Positions 1 to 11,859 of a DNA stretch of 37,649 nt are shown one piece after another; the stretch's first letter is position 1, and every line of letters begins with the position of its first letter. Under the pieces are notes generated by a model. The model was not told where the DNA came from. It saw nothing but the letters and a program-made list of their open reading frames with translations, and ran no database searches. The translations under genes were made by a program, and so were the position numbers. Source of the DNA: Octopus bimaculoides (Eukaryota); NCBI RefSeq assembly GCF_001194135.2, contig NC_068999.1, forward strand, positions 37,149,352 to 37,187,000. The letters are read 5' to 3'.

Positions 1-45
<45 letters not shown>

Positions 46-195
46 GATGGGCTTCTTTCAGTTTCCATCTACCAAATCTACTCACGAGGCTTTGGTTGGT
101 CCAAAGCAAAAGATACCTGCTCAAGGTGTCACACAGTGAGACTGAACCCAAAGCCATGCGGTTGGAAAGCAATATTCTTACTATACAGCCATGCT
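1..195 (-). mobile_element. tRNA-derived SINE family B (head/core, degenerate) followed by (TA)n
   Basis: Aligns by eye to the better-preserved copy at 15586-15752 (ggaaactgaaagaagc, aaccaaagcc, gggttcagtc). Confidence 0.75.
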
Positions 196-746
196 TAATA
201 CTCATCATATTCATATGAACCAAGAAGTTATTGATGTCTAGAACTTCATTACATTGGATAATACAATCAGTATCTACAAAACTAACCATGAACTCTGCTG
301 TTGCTATTCTTTCCTTAGAATGCTTTTGAAAATATTTTGCTAGTTTTGAGATTTTCAAATGCAGAAGTTATGGAATTCCAAATTTGGAATGGTTGCAGCT
401 GGTGGTTATTGTTGTTACTATAAATAAGGGGCAATTTCTAAGTCATTGCCTTTCTGGTTTTTCTTGCTTGGCCATATTTTCTGAATGAGAGATGATATAG
501 AACTGGACCAAAAATTTTCCCATGACTCACATTTCCATTTTTTTTTTCTCCTTTCTTATTAAATACTTTCTGTCTTTCTTTATTTTATCATATCCTAAAA
601 TCAATCATATCTAGTTGATCAGTAATCTCATCGTTGTCTTTGCCATCATTGTTATTTCTTTTGTTCGAATGTCAAATTTCCATGTCTCATGCCTCAGAGG
701 CTTCATTCAATTTATCATTATTCACTGTTGTCACTCTTTTCTTTAG

Positions 747-920
747 GTGAATTCCATAATCTTGTTGATGTCAATTTTGTTTGTTCAATGGGACCCCCAG
801 GAGCAGGAAGAAATGCTGTCACAGCCCGTTTGTTACGACATTTTAATTTCCTGGCTTTCACAGAAATGGAAGACATTAGTAAAAAGAAAATATTTGGAAC
901 CATTTTCCAATCTTGGATTG
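747..920 (+). CDS. DNAH1: Dynein heavy chain exon 1 (AAA3 C-terminal part)
   Basis: ctttag|GTGAATTC ... TGGATTG|gtaagg; encodes EFHNLVDVNFVCSMGPPGAGRNAVTARLLRHFNFLAF; phase 1-1, 174 nt. Confidence 0.93.
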
Positions 921-2340
921 GTAAGGAATGCACTCACTCACACAAATATGCATATACATACACACTCTGAATCCAAATTAAAAACGTTTATGCAAAATTG
1001 TACTTGTATGAGTTTGATATTATAGTCCCTTAAACATTAGAACTTAAAATTCTTGCCCAACATGCTGAACAGAGGTACTGAACCATAATAGGCAAACCTG
1101 CACCTCAGCCTGTCCTTATATTTCCTCTTGTTTGACGGCTGAGAAAATCAACAGGAAATATAAGTTATTGCTGATGATGCCTTCTTCTCCCACCATTCTG
1201 TGGAACAGGCACAGTAAATATATCTTCACATTCATGTATGCTAATTTCAACATCATCCGATATTGTGATTTTGATGCATGCAAAATCTTTGCTTTGAATA
1301 TATTTCATGATTTTCTTTGCTACCTGATTATCTTCATTTATCTAATCAATGTATGCAACATGATAGTGCACCTTTTTCTGTAGAAAATTTACAAAATGTC
1401 ATTCTTACTTTTGAAGAAGGAATTTTCACTTTCCTGTCTTGCATTTCTTTAGAAAATGATGCACTTTCAGTCTACGTTCAAGACTCAAGTATCTTCAAGT
1501 AAATTTGAATCATATTCCAATACTAAAATTCTAATCTAAACTGCTACTACATATGTTGGTGTTAAGGTGACTGCTTGAGACTCCATAGCAAAAATGTGGT
1601 CATCACTCACCTGTGAGTGATGACTGTTGATTTTTGGTTTTTTGGAAGTGCCAGATTTCTGTGGAGTTTGTTAGAACATGTCCCACCTACCCCTTTCATC
1701 ATTGTCTACCTCCTCATCCCAAGTAGCAATGACCTCAATATATGCAAAACATTCCATTGAACAATCAACACAAAAATATTTATTCCTCTTTACAGTATTT
1801 GCTAAATAAACAGAATATTTCTGTTAAGTGAACAAATTATTTTAAGATGTGAAAAATACAGAATCCTTTCTATATGCTTCGAAAAGTTTCTGCCTTGATT
1901 TCATACAAATATGGTTGAAAGTTAACATATGAGACTCTCTCACGTGCAATATAAGAAGCGGCTCAATCTGTTAAATAAAGAGGTGTTTCAAATTAACTTA
2001 CATTCCAACTAAACCCATTTTACCATGTAATTTTTTTTTTTTTTTTTTAATTTCTTCATCATTTCAGCAAAATAGCCTAAGAAATAGAAAGAAGTGTTTA
2101 TGCAGTCCAGTTTTTGTAACCAATCTATTTTATCTTTACCAAACTCAACCCATAAGTGCTACCTGATAATTCAGTGAAACTGTTCTAGAAAACTGTTTAA
2201 TCAAAAGGTCATGCTGGACTGTCACAGTGGAACTGCTGTATGTGTGTGTGTCTGTGTGTGCATGCATGCCATTGGTGCACTATCTCAGATGTATGAGATG
2301 TTGCACCATATGATCATTTGACCTTTTTCTGTCTTTTCAG

Positions 2341-2519
2341 CCACGGAAGAGTCAGTTGTTGAATATAGTGAACAACTTATTGATACATCTATTCTGGTTT
2401 ACAACACCATCACAACGCAGTTGTTACCAACTCCAGCCAAATCTCATTACACATTCAATCTCAGAGACTTATCAAAGGTTTTCCAGGGAATGCTTATGTT
2501 AAACATTAAAAGAATTAAG
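2341..2519 (+). CDS. DNAH1: Dynein heavy chain exon 2 (AAA3 lid)
   Basis: ttttcag|CCACGG ... ATTAAG|gtacaa; encodes [27 protein letters not shown]; phase 1-0, 179 nt. Confidence 0.95.
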
Positions 2520-2689
2520 GTACAACATATATATCTAATATGTATATATCTTTATGTATGTGTAATATGTTTGTATGTGTACACACACACACACAATAAG
2601 AAACAGTAAAGCATAACTTTCATAGATCTTTCGTAATTAAATCTCATCAGTTCTTTCATTAGAAATAAGTATAATTAATTCTATAATTA

Positions 2690-3640
2690 ACTAGCAGAAA
2701 TATCCAGCGTTGCCTGGATTAAAGAAAATAATCAAATTCAAAAATGCCTTTTAGATCTCTAACATGACACATGGATTATGCAGTTCTCAACAGTAATTAG
2801 CTGAGGTACAAACTATTAATGTCAATAATATATTTTGTCCAATGTTCTCACTGTTAAAATTGGTAAAAAAAAACAGGTAGTTCTTTGTCTTTGCAATCAC
2901 CTTCAATTGTCAGTACTTATTTGAAACACATTGAACCTGAAAATGCATAAACTTGAGAAGAACCAGACTNNNNNNNNNNNNNNNNNNNNNNNNNNNNNNN
3001 NNNNNNNNNNNNNNNNNNNNNNNNNNNNNNNNNNNNNNNNNNNNNNNNNNNNNNNNNNNNNNNNNNNNNNNNNNNNNNNNNNNNNNNNNNNNNNNNNNNN
3101 NNNNNNNNNNNNNNNNNNNNNNNNNNNNNNNNNNNNNNNNNNNNNNNNNNNNNNNNNNNNNNNNNNNNNNNNNNNNNNNNNNNNNNNNNNNNNNNNNNNN
3201 NNNNNNNNNNNNNNNNNNNNNNNNNNNNNNNNNNNNNNNNNNNNNNNNNNNNNNNNNNNNNNNNNNNNNNNNNNNNNNNNNNNNNNNNNNNNNNNNNNNN
3301 NNNNNNNNNNNNNNNNNACCCAGCCACATTACTTGGAAAAAAAAAATCTTTATTGTGCTGGTTTTTCGTAAAATTTCGCCCATGGGAAAGGCAACAAAAT
3401 CACCCCTCCCCACTTTGAATGGGATATTCCTATCTTAAAAAGTAATAATCGATTATCTCGGTAACCATGGGAGTTGGAGGGCAATAAAAATCTCCTGAAC
3501 ATGAGCAGACCATGCTGCCACTCTGTGCTGAATTTCACGCGATTCCACTGCACCGTTCTCGAGTGAATCTGCCGACACTCAATCAATCAATCAATCAATC
3601 AAACAAGCAATCAAGAACACTGCAATTTATAGTATAAATT
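2690..3640 (+). mobile_element. Probable non-autonomous Helitron-like element spanning the gap
   Basis: 5' actagcagaaatatccagcgttgcctgg; 3' (TCAA)n microsatellite followed by acactgcaatttatagtata. This layout resembles invertebrate Helitron derivatives (from memory); the middle is N. Confidence 0.45.
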
Positions 3641-3732
3641 AATTATGGTATATAATTAATGAAAATTAATTTAAATCAAAGTAAGATATTGCAGTGCTTA
3701 TCCCTAATCATGGTTATCTTATCTTCATCTTA

Positions 3733-4095
3733 GGTCCGTTGGTGCCTTTGAGTGGCACATCGGGCAGTCAACAATTGCCAGTTATCTCTGTCTCTGGCCA
3801 ACCAGTATGCTTTTTGCCAGGTGATGTTCAGCCCACATAGGTCTTCTTTAAAGGTACTACATCATGTCTTCCTTGACCGGCTTCTTTTTCTTTTACCTTC
3901 CAGCAGCATCCAGCCCATGGCTGTTTTGGCAGGCCTCTTCCCTGGCAGTCTTAGTATGTGTCCAGCCATTCTCATTCATTGTTTGGTTGCAATTGCATGC
4001 AGAGGCATTACTCTTGTTGCTTGGAAAATGGCTACAAAGCTGAATCCTGACTATGCTAGGCATAAACTGTTGATGGTTTCAATGCAGATGAGACT
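3733..4095 (-). mobile_element. RTE-like LINE ORF2 C-terminal fragment
   Basis: Minus strand reads MAGHILRLPGKRPAKTAMGW...GKRKRSRSRKT*..TFKEDL..LNITWQKA..LARDRDNWQ, the RTE C-terminal motif pattern. Confidence 0.75.
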
Positions 4096-4127
4096 GAGAT
4101 AATCAGATATATGTATATATATATAGA

Positions 4128-4320
4128 TAGCAATAAGAAAATGGAGGGGATCAAGAGGTGGTATTCATCAACTTATTTTATATATGTAAAGCATAATATG
4201 TTGTACATATATTTATATTGCTATAATTGTCTGTTTTTAAAAAATAAATAAATAGACATAATATAATGTCTATAAGTTGATGGCTACCACCTCTTAATCC
4301 CCTCTATTTTCTTATTGCTG
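4128..4320. mobile_element. MITE with ~48-bp terminal inverted repeats
   Basis: agcaataagaaaatggaggggatcaagaggtggtattcatcaacttat (4129-4176) is reverse-complementary to 4272-4319 with few mismatches; AT-rich spacer; TA at the right flank. Confidence 0.75.
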
Positions 4321-4496
4321 TATAAATTAAGAGTAAAACAACTTTTACCCTCACCCATTTATTACACTCGGTAATGTAATTGCCAAGCAATGAAAAAACA
4401 CTTGTGTAATAATAATTGGGTATTCTACCAGCAGTATATTGGATAGATATTATCCCTTAATTGGTTGGATTCACAACCTCTAACTCTCTTGGAATT

Positions 4497-4535
<39 letters not shown>

Positions 4536-4889
4536 NNNNNNNNNNCACACACACACACACACATATGTATATGTACATGCATTTTGAAGCCTGCTTTCAG
4601 AAGTTTTGTGGACCTAAATTTCTCTATATTTGATCCTCACCCCTCCCTTGTTTGGGTCCTTTCTCATCAGTGCCATCACACTTCGACTTTCTAAGAATTC
4701 TCCCATTCTGCTGCCAATTGCTGATACTTATTCTGTTATCAGGCAACTCCATTTGCTTGTACTTTTACTTTACTTTTCCATGCATGAAGAAATATTATAT
4801 TGAGAATTCTTATTTGTTCCTATTTGGTGTATTATGTTTAATGAAAATATAGATACTTCTAAGGTTTTAATCTTTTTTTCTATCTACAG

Positions 4890-5123
4890 AGCATATCTAG
4901 TTTGTTGCGGTTGTGGTATCATGAAAACTGCCGTGTATTCCAGGATCGTCTGGTTAATAATGAAGACCGTAACTGGTTTAATGAATGCCTTAAGCAAAGA
5001 ATTGAGGAAGATTTTGAGACTGATTTTGATGAAGTCATAATCAATCAGCCAGTGTTGTTTACAGATTTTATGTCCAGGAGTGGTGATATTCGAAATTATG
5101 AAGAAGTCACTGATTATCAGAAG
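4890..5123 (+). CDS. DNAH1: Dynein heavy chain exon 3
   Basis: ctacag|AGCATA ... CAGAAG|gtattt; SISSLLRLWYHENCRVFQDRLVNNEDRNWF; phase 0-0, 234 nt. Confidence 0.93.
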
Positions 5124-5141
5124 GTATTTTATAAAAAAAGT

Positions 5142-5285
5142 GGAAGCACATAGCTCAGTGGTTAGGCTGTTTGGCTCATGCTTGTTAGATTGCTGTTTCA
5201 ATTCTTGGATTAGGTGATGCATTGTGTTCTTAAGCAAAACACTTTATTTCACGTTCCAGTCTTCCCAGTTGGTAAAAATGAATAA
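5142..5285 (+). mobile_element. Degenerate tRNA-derived SINE with CORE-like segment
   Basis: A-box-like tagctcagtgg, B-box-like gtttcaattc, then tgtgttcttaagcaaaacactttatttcacg. Confidence 0.6.
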
Positions 5286-6620
5286 TTCTGTGTTCCATCC
5301 TCGGAGGAATATATTTGCCAAAGAAACTAGGAGACTGGCCCTATGCTCTTTATAGAGTAATGTAGACTGACCATTCTATAACAAATAGCTTGAGTGGTGA
5401 TCTACTGAATGGTATATGCAAAGAATTCTTAAATGATATTTTCCTTTTAGGTGGAGAAGGAACACAAAAAATCTAGCAATAATTGTGAGAAACTCCAAAA
5501 AAAAAAAAAAGAGGAAGAATTGATTTCATGAAATTAATTCACTTGCTTAAGGGAAAATCTGATGTTTGTTTTCAAACAAACGAACGGTTATGCAATGTTT
5601 TTTGTTTCATAAAATAATTTACCTGCTTTTGATTACTTATTAGATTTTACATATAAAAAAATCATTCCAAAGATTTGGGGCCAGCACTGTGTTTGCTTTT
5701 TGGTAAACTTTGTGTTGGAATTATAGGACATGTTGGGTAAATAATATTGACCAATAAACTTGAGTTACCTGCTGAGCAGGCATCTGCTTTATGATGGGTC
5801 CTCTTGTGACTTATCTCAGGACCTTTAGACACATTCTCTTTTAATGAACAACTTTTTAGTTGGCAATTCATTAAAATATCTGCAGATGACATGTAGAAGA
5901 AAGAAACGAAATCTTTCAGAGAGTTGGGCATCTAAATTTCCATTGCTCGTATATTAGAATATACATTTGTGTACCATATATTTATCTAGGTCAATGAATA
6001 GCTAGAAATTGTTGAAATTCATACTAGATTCCTTGAAATAAGAAAAATACTTCTTTTTATGGTCCAGCTTTGACATCAGCACAGTCCATTTAATGTTTCA
6101 TTCCACTTAAATTTCTCCATTGTAAATTTTTCCCTTTGTATTTAAAAGGAAAAAAAAAATCAATACATTACATATTAAATTAACATTCCATACACAGCGA
6201 TAAATCTTTATGTGTAGTCAGCATACAGATTTATACTATAAATCTACAGTATATGTATTTATCATATTATTTATTTTATATGTCTACATGCACATGTGCA
6301 TATTTACTATCAACTGCATCTTTATGAAATATTTACTAGGGTCTATGGGAATGGTCAATAAGAAACATTAATAAACTTTCTAATTGCCCTTAAACATGAA
6401 CTAGAAGTGGTAAGTAAAAGATTTCACTATTGTGAGAAATTATTGCTTAATTTTAGGCCATCAACCATAAGTTTACTCTAAAGCCACAAACAACATATTA
6501 CAGTTTGAAAGATAAACCGTTCAGTGTGATAAAGCTCTTCCTAAAGATATACATAAAAGACTACATTATTTGATGATTTATAAATTCCAAAAAAGGAGTC
6601 TTGTTTCTGAGCTAGAAACC

Positions 6621-6844
6621 AGCTGGCAGAAACGTTAGCACGCCGGGCAAAATGCTTAGCGCTATTTCGTCTGCCGCTACGTTCTGAGTTCAAATTCCGC
6701 CGAGGTCGACTTTGCCTTTCATCCTTTCGGGGTCGATTAAATAAATACCAGTTACGCACTGGGGTCGATCTAATGGACTTAACCCATTTGTCTGTCCTTG
6801 TTTGTCCCCTCTGTGTGTAGCCCCTTGTGGGCAATAAAGAAATA
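6621..6844 (+). mobile_element. tRNA-derived SINE family A, slightly 5'-truncated
   Basis: Near-identical to 19808-20038; B-box gagttcaaattcc; 11-bp flanking direct repeat agaaaccagct (6614-6624, 6845-6855). Confidence 0.9.
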
Positions 6845-6939
6845 AGAAACCAGCTTTTTCTCCATTTGTGAGGAATTTGAAAAATGAAAACAAAAAAAAA
6901 GTATTACAATTCTGTTTAAAAAAATTTTTTTGAGACGTG

Positions 6940-7125
6940 CAATTATGTACATTAATTACAATGGATGGATAAGTGTCCTTATCTTGTTTGTTGTTACCAC
7001 AACATTTCGGCTGATGTATTCTCCAGCCTTCATCAGCTGTTCTGGTGGAATTTTTTAATGAAACCTTTTATTTGACTAATGGGGTACACTGTTCTCATCC
7101 TTATTTTTCTGTTGATATTATTTAG
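6940..7125 (-). mobile_element. Inverted Penelope-type pseudo-LTR
   Basis: Carries a hammerhead core on the minus strand and directly abuts the PLE ORF in opposite orientation. Confidence 0.6.
6996..7041 (-). ncRNA. Degenerate minimal hammerhead ribozyme
   Basis: CTGATGA-AGGCTG(gagaatacat)CAGCC-GAAA-TGTT-GTGGT; stem II is intact; stem I and stem III carry mismatches. Confidence 0.6.
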
Positions 7126-7129
7126 GATC

Positions 7130-8005
7130 AACACCACTAAAGCCAACCAATGGCTTTGTTATGTCGATGACACCTTTATACTCTGGCCCCACCAGGAGGA
7201 TGTCCAATTGAAGCTCAATAAAGTCGTTCACACAGTTCACAGTAGAAAAGGAAAAAGACAATCAGCTGACATTCCTGGATGTATTAATGAGTATGGGTTC
7301 AGGACGTCCGTATACCACAAGCCAGCCTGCACTGGACAATAACTTCAATTAGCACCATCCATACAGTAGAAAGAGAGGGATTGCTCAGTGCCTAAAACAT
7401 CAAGCATAGACAATAAATAGTGATCCTGATACACATCACGAAAAAATGATCAGGCTAATATGCAACAGCTACCCAGAAAACATACTCTCCACTCAAGTTA
7501 GGAAGAGAAAGGATGAAACCCATAAACTGTCTACAGTCTGTCTGCCTTATGTCAAAGGCCTCTTGGAGAAGATACAAAAGATACGCTATCCATATGACAT
7601 CCGGACAGTATTCAGAAGTAATACAACACTTTGCAAATATCTCCTTTGAGTAAAACCACCCATAGAAGAGAATATGACCAAAAACTGTGTGTACTCCATC
7701 CCATGCAGTTGCGATAGGTTATACAAAGGCAAAACATGCAGCCCACTCAAAATAAGGGTAGAGGAACATCGTAAAGCTATGACATGAGGAGATATTGAAA
7801 AATGGGGTATAGCCAATCATGTCTGAAAAAATGGAGACCACCTCTCCCTGTTGGATGAAGTTAAAATAATAGAGAGAGAACACCACTGGAAAATACAAAA
7901 ATTAAAAGAGGCAGGACATATGTTAGGAAACAATAACTTCTTAAGCAGACCGAGTGCAGATAAGAATGTAATATGGGAACCAGTATTAAGAAAAAATAAA
8001 ATATT
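7130..8005 (+). mobile_element. Penelope-like element, decayed RT C-terminus plus GIY-YIG endonuclease
   Basis: WLCYVDDTFILW (RT motif); VCLPYVKG; VYSIPCSCDRLYKGKT..PLKIRVEEH (GIY-YIG); stops and frameshifts present. Confidence 0.88.
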
Positions 8006-8399
8006 AAGTTTATAAGCCCCAAAATTCATTCTATAATTGCTCACAGACATATAGCATCATGGATAAGAGTGCGGGCTACAGACCCTCAAATTCTCAGTTC
8101 AATGACAGGCAGGGACATAATATCAACTAAAAAATAACATGATAATAATAAAACTGTCATTTCTCAAGCTGTCATTGCTTGAGAAATTGGTAACTGATTA
8201 TGAGCAAACAGAAATAATGAGTGATAAATTCAAACACTGAAAGAACACTTGACAACCAAAATTCAAACAAAACTTCACTATTTACCTTGACAAACAGTTA
8301 CAGAAGCAGTGTAGATGGCTTTCAAATACTGTATGGTATCACTCAGGCAGTACCTGCTAAACAACAGCAGCAAAATTAAATATATTAATGCAGTCCTGA

Positions 8400-9350
8400 A
8401 AAGTGAAGTGAGCAACATTGTATGAGTTGGCAGTGAACTCCTCAAGAAACACTCTCTTCCTGATGATCTCCTATACAGCCCCCAAAACAGCTGGACTCTC
8501 TTACCTCAAAGAAGATCTGCATGGAAAGCACTCAGCATACAAAACAAAAAAAAGACTATGCATGGGTATGTTGTCTGGAAGCTTGAAGAAGACAGTAGAA
8601 TTGACATGAAGTACAAGCTCTCTTGTTCACAAGACCACTACATTACATCACACTTTGAAGGCTATGCGTTTGCAGTCCAGGAACAGGAGATTGCCACAAA
8701 GTACCTGGTGAACAAGGGAGACAGTGATGCTCGAGCAATCCTAAGGTGCAACTGCGTCTGTAGGTTATGTCATGTTTCTGTGGCAGACATCATGCATGTG
8801 ATCAGCAGCTGTTCAAAAATGTCATCATGGCACTACTCCCCTATGTGGCATGATGTTATCGCTAAAACAATTTACAATGTCATCCGCAAAAAAGATTGTC
8901 CTGAAATAAATTTAGAAAATCTCTCTGTTATGAAATACATTTATAAACACCAACTCAAGGAATACTGGTGGAATATTCCCATCAAAACTTCTGTCAAATG
9001 TAAACATAACTGGCAGGATATTGTTGCTTGAGACAGAGGGGCAAAGGTATGCATCATCATAGAGGTCAGCTGCCCTGCAGATATAAATATCTCTTTGTAA
9101 ATCAAAGAAAAAGAGCATATCTATGAACAACTGCTTCAAAACCTCTGGCTTCTATATCCAGACAATGAATCCATATTCATACCAATAATAATTGGAGCAT
9201 TAGGTTCTGTTAGCAAATGCTTACAGGAGAATCTGGATAAACCTGGATAAACCTGGATTTTAGAAAGAGAAAGTGACAGGCTGATATGTACATTATAAGT
9301 GTAATCTGTGAGTGGAGCAGTAAAAGTATGCAAGACTTTTCTCAAGTTCT
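8400..9350 (+). mobile_element. Non-LTR retrotransposon with restriction-like endonuclease (R4/NeSL-type), decayed 3' part
   Basis: CRLCHVSVADIMHVISSC (CCHC knuckle), WHDVIA (RHD), HNWQDIV (RPD-like), CIIIEVSCP, PIIIGALG; in-frame stops. Confidence 0.85.
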
Positions 9351-9691
9351 AGATGTGAATTTGTCTGTGTTAGCTACATCCCAAAGATGGGTATCTTTGG
9401 TGGAAACCAGCTTCCTCCTCAGTGGAAGATATATGATAATTAAAAAGTAGAAGACACACACACACACACACATGCATGCATGCATACATACATATTTATG
9501 TATATATATGTATATACATATATTCACAGACAAATACAAACAAGCAACCACACGTTATTTTATACACATATACATGTTTCTACATTCTATACACAAACGT
9601 ATTGACCAACAGTCATTTTTTCATATCCATGCAATTATATCATTCTAGCTTTGTTGATTTTAGACCTTTAATTTCTTATTTTTCTTCACAG

Positions 9692-9888
9692 TTGAGCAGT
9701 GTGTTAGATGAGTTCTTGGAAGATTATAACCAAATCAGCATCAATAAAATGAAATTGGTTCTATTTATGGATGCAATCACTCACATCACTAGAATTGGAA
9801 GAATTATTCGTCAGCCATATGGAAATGCCCTGCTTCTTGGAATGGGGGGAAGTGGTCGGCAGAGTCTTACACGTCTTGCTTCTCACAT
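9692..9888 (+). CDS. DNAH1: Dynein heavy chain exon 4 (AAA4 P-loop)
   Basis: ttcacag|TTGAGC ... CACAT|gttagt; LVLFMDAITHITRIGRIIRQPYGNALLLGMGGSGRQSLTRLASH; phase 0-2, 197 nt. Confidence 0.95.
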
Positions 9889-9965
9889 GTTAGTAATATA
9901 TCATTCTCTTTTCTTTTACTTCAAATTTCATACTCTTGACTCAAGCAATGAAGAACTGATATTAA

Positions 9966-10048
9966 ATGATGATTGTGAGGATGACAACGATGATGATGAT
10001 GACGATGGTGGTGGTGGTGGGGGTGGGGGTGGTGGCAGTGGTGGTGGA
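9966..10048. repeat. (GAT)n/(GGT)n trinucleotide microsatellite
   Basis: Direct reading. Confidence 0.9.
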
Positions 10049-10969
10049 GAGATGGTTATGATTCAAGCTACATTATGATAAAAAACAGATTTTGTTGAGC
10101 TGGCTCTGATGACAAAGGATATTGATGATCACTGTTTATCTATTTCATGTTTATCATATCTTTCTTTTGAGTTTCAAATCATCCAACCAACAAAAGAGAT
10201 TTTGGAATCTAAGTTTGTTTATGGGACTGAAGATAGTGTTAGAACAATTTACAGAAAACTTCTGATTATCGTCATGATAAGAATTCTGTGCTACAACTGC
10301 TCTGTTGATGATAAAAATTAGCATTGTGATTTTGTGGTCAAAATTGTGACCAGTTTGTGGAAATGGACTGTTGTAATTACTTCTGCTATTGTTGCTCAGA
10401 GATGGTTTCCTCCAGCTACATTGTTGTACAAAAAAAAAAAATAAATAAATAAAAGCAGATTAATTCAATGAGCAATGTGTCAGGAAGGGGGATTAGCTAA
10501 AGATACAATAAAGTGTATGTGGCAGGGAATGTAGCTTAAATATATTGTGAATAAATATAGGTAATTAAGTATAAATACAAAGGAACAGCTAAGTAAAATA
10601 AGGTGTTTGCTTCAGTAGATAAATGTAAGAGATTAGAGGTGACCCATGGTTAAACAAGAATGATAGTTTGATAATGAGCCATAGTCACATAGTCTACTAG
10701 AAATAGCAACCAGATCCCTTCTCTAAAAAAAAAAAGGAAAAAAAAAACTTATTGGATGATGCAATTCCAAATATACTATATCTGAAAACTAGAGAGATCA
10801 TTGCAACTGGGTCACCTTTGATCAGAGATAATAATCTGGGTGCAATTTAAACAAAAAAGCGGCTGATGGTTAGTAAAGTTTATTTTAAAAGATTGTAAGC
10901 ATATTTATTATATATGCAAATATTTTAGATTTAAAAAGCTGGACTCCAAATTTTTTTGCCATTTTTCAG

Positions 10970-11105
10970 AGTAGAATTTGATTGTTTTCAAGTGGAATTA
11001 TCAAAGAACTATGGCATCAGTGAGTGGAAAGAAGATTTAAAAAAGGTATTGATGAAGTCTGGAATAGAGAATCAAGCAGTTGTCTTCCTGTTCAGTGATA
11101 CCCAG
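10970..11105 (+). CDS. DNAH1: Dynein heavy chain exon 5 (AAA4); missed by ORF track
   Basis: ttttcag|AGTAGAA ... ACCCAG|gtaata; VEFDCFQVELSKNYGISEWKEDLKKVLMKSG...VFLFSDTQ; phase 2-0, 136 nt. Confidence 0.95.
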
Positions 11106-11631
11106 GTAATATTAATAGTTTTTCTGTGAAGGATGTTCCTGTTTGCTCACATAACAAATTATTTTGTTCTAACTAAAAGTCTTGAAGGCCTGAATACCAC
11201 ACAGTTTTATAATCAGAGACTTGTGTCGACATAACAAAGTATCCTTATTGTATGCATTATTCTTCCTTTCACACACGCACACACACAGATGTATCATCAT
11301 CGTACATACAAAACGCATATCATCATCATGTCTTCGTTTGGTCTTTAGCCTCATTACCTCATGCAATGCCACAATAAATTCGTTTTGGTCTCTCATTTAG
11401 GTATGTTTTTTTTCCATCGCAGTATTTTGCCAACTATCACAGTCTTTTTGTCCTCTTTTCTTTCATAAGTTTAACCTCTTCCATAGTCTTCCACTTTTTC
11501 ATTTTCCATTAACTTGGAGTACATGATACTTTTTTTTTTTTTTATTTACCAACATCCTTTTTACTCATCCCTTTTTGCTCATGTCAGCACAGTCTTCTCT
11601 TTTGCACTCTACTACATCTGATTCCTCCTCC

Positions 11632-11830
11632 TCATCATCATCGTTTAACGTCCGCTTTCCATGCTAGCATGGGTTGGACGATTTGACTGAGGACTGGTGA
11701 AACCAGGTGGCTACACCAGGCTCCAATCTGATTTGGCAGAGTTTCTACAGCTGGATGCCCTTCCTAACACCAACCACTCAGAGAGTGTAGTGGGTGCTTT
11801 TACGTGTCACCCGCACAGAGGCCAGTCAGA
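11632..11830 (-). mobile_element. RTE 3'UTR-type repeat (family D) with (ATG)n tail
   Basis: ggaagggcatccagctgtagaaactctgcc...gcatggaaagcggacgttaaacgatgatg on the minus strand; same unit at 14949, 33798 and 36368. Confidence 0.85.
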
Positions 11831-11859
11831 TATATATATATCTATCTAGCTTTTCAGTA

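Noticed and set aside
200-1550. Purine-rich, coding-like minus-strand stretches on either side of exon 1
   Set aside because: Stops in all frames every 20-60 codons, no consistent splice pairs and no recognisable homology; ORF 718-933 is only antisense to exon 1
2621-2655. CTGATGA...GAAA-GATC-TA hammerhead-like string on the minus strand
   Set aside because: Core and palindromic stem III are present, but stem II has only one pair and stem I does not form
2910-3438. ORFs of 136-167 aa here, and similar ORFs at 13221-14234 and 28336-28990
   Set aside because: Artefacts of N-runs in assembly gaps
9838-9866. AAA4 Walker A reads GMGGSGRQS rather than GxxxxGKS/T
   Set aside because: Arg at this position is normal for AAA4 of axonemal dyneins; not a sign of pseudogenisation
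9476-10078. 200-aa ORF with poly-Asp/poly-Gly C-terminus
   Set aside because: Only 9692-9888 is dynein exon 4; the flanks are intron microsatellites that happen to be open in that frame
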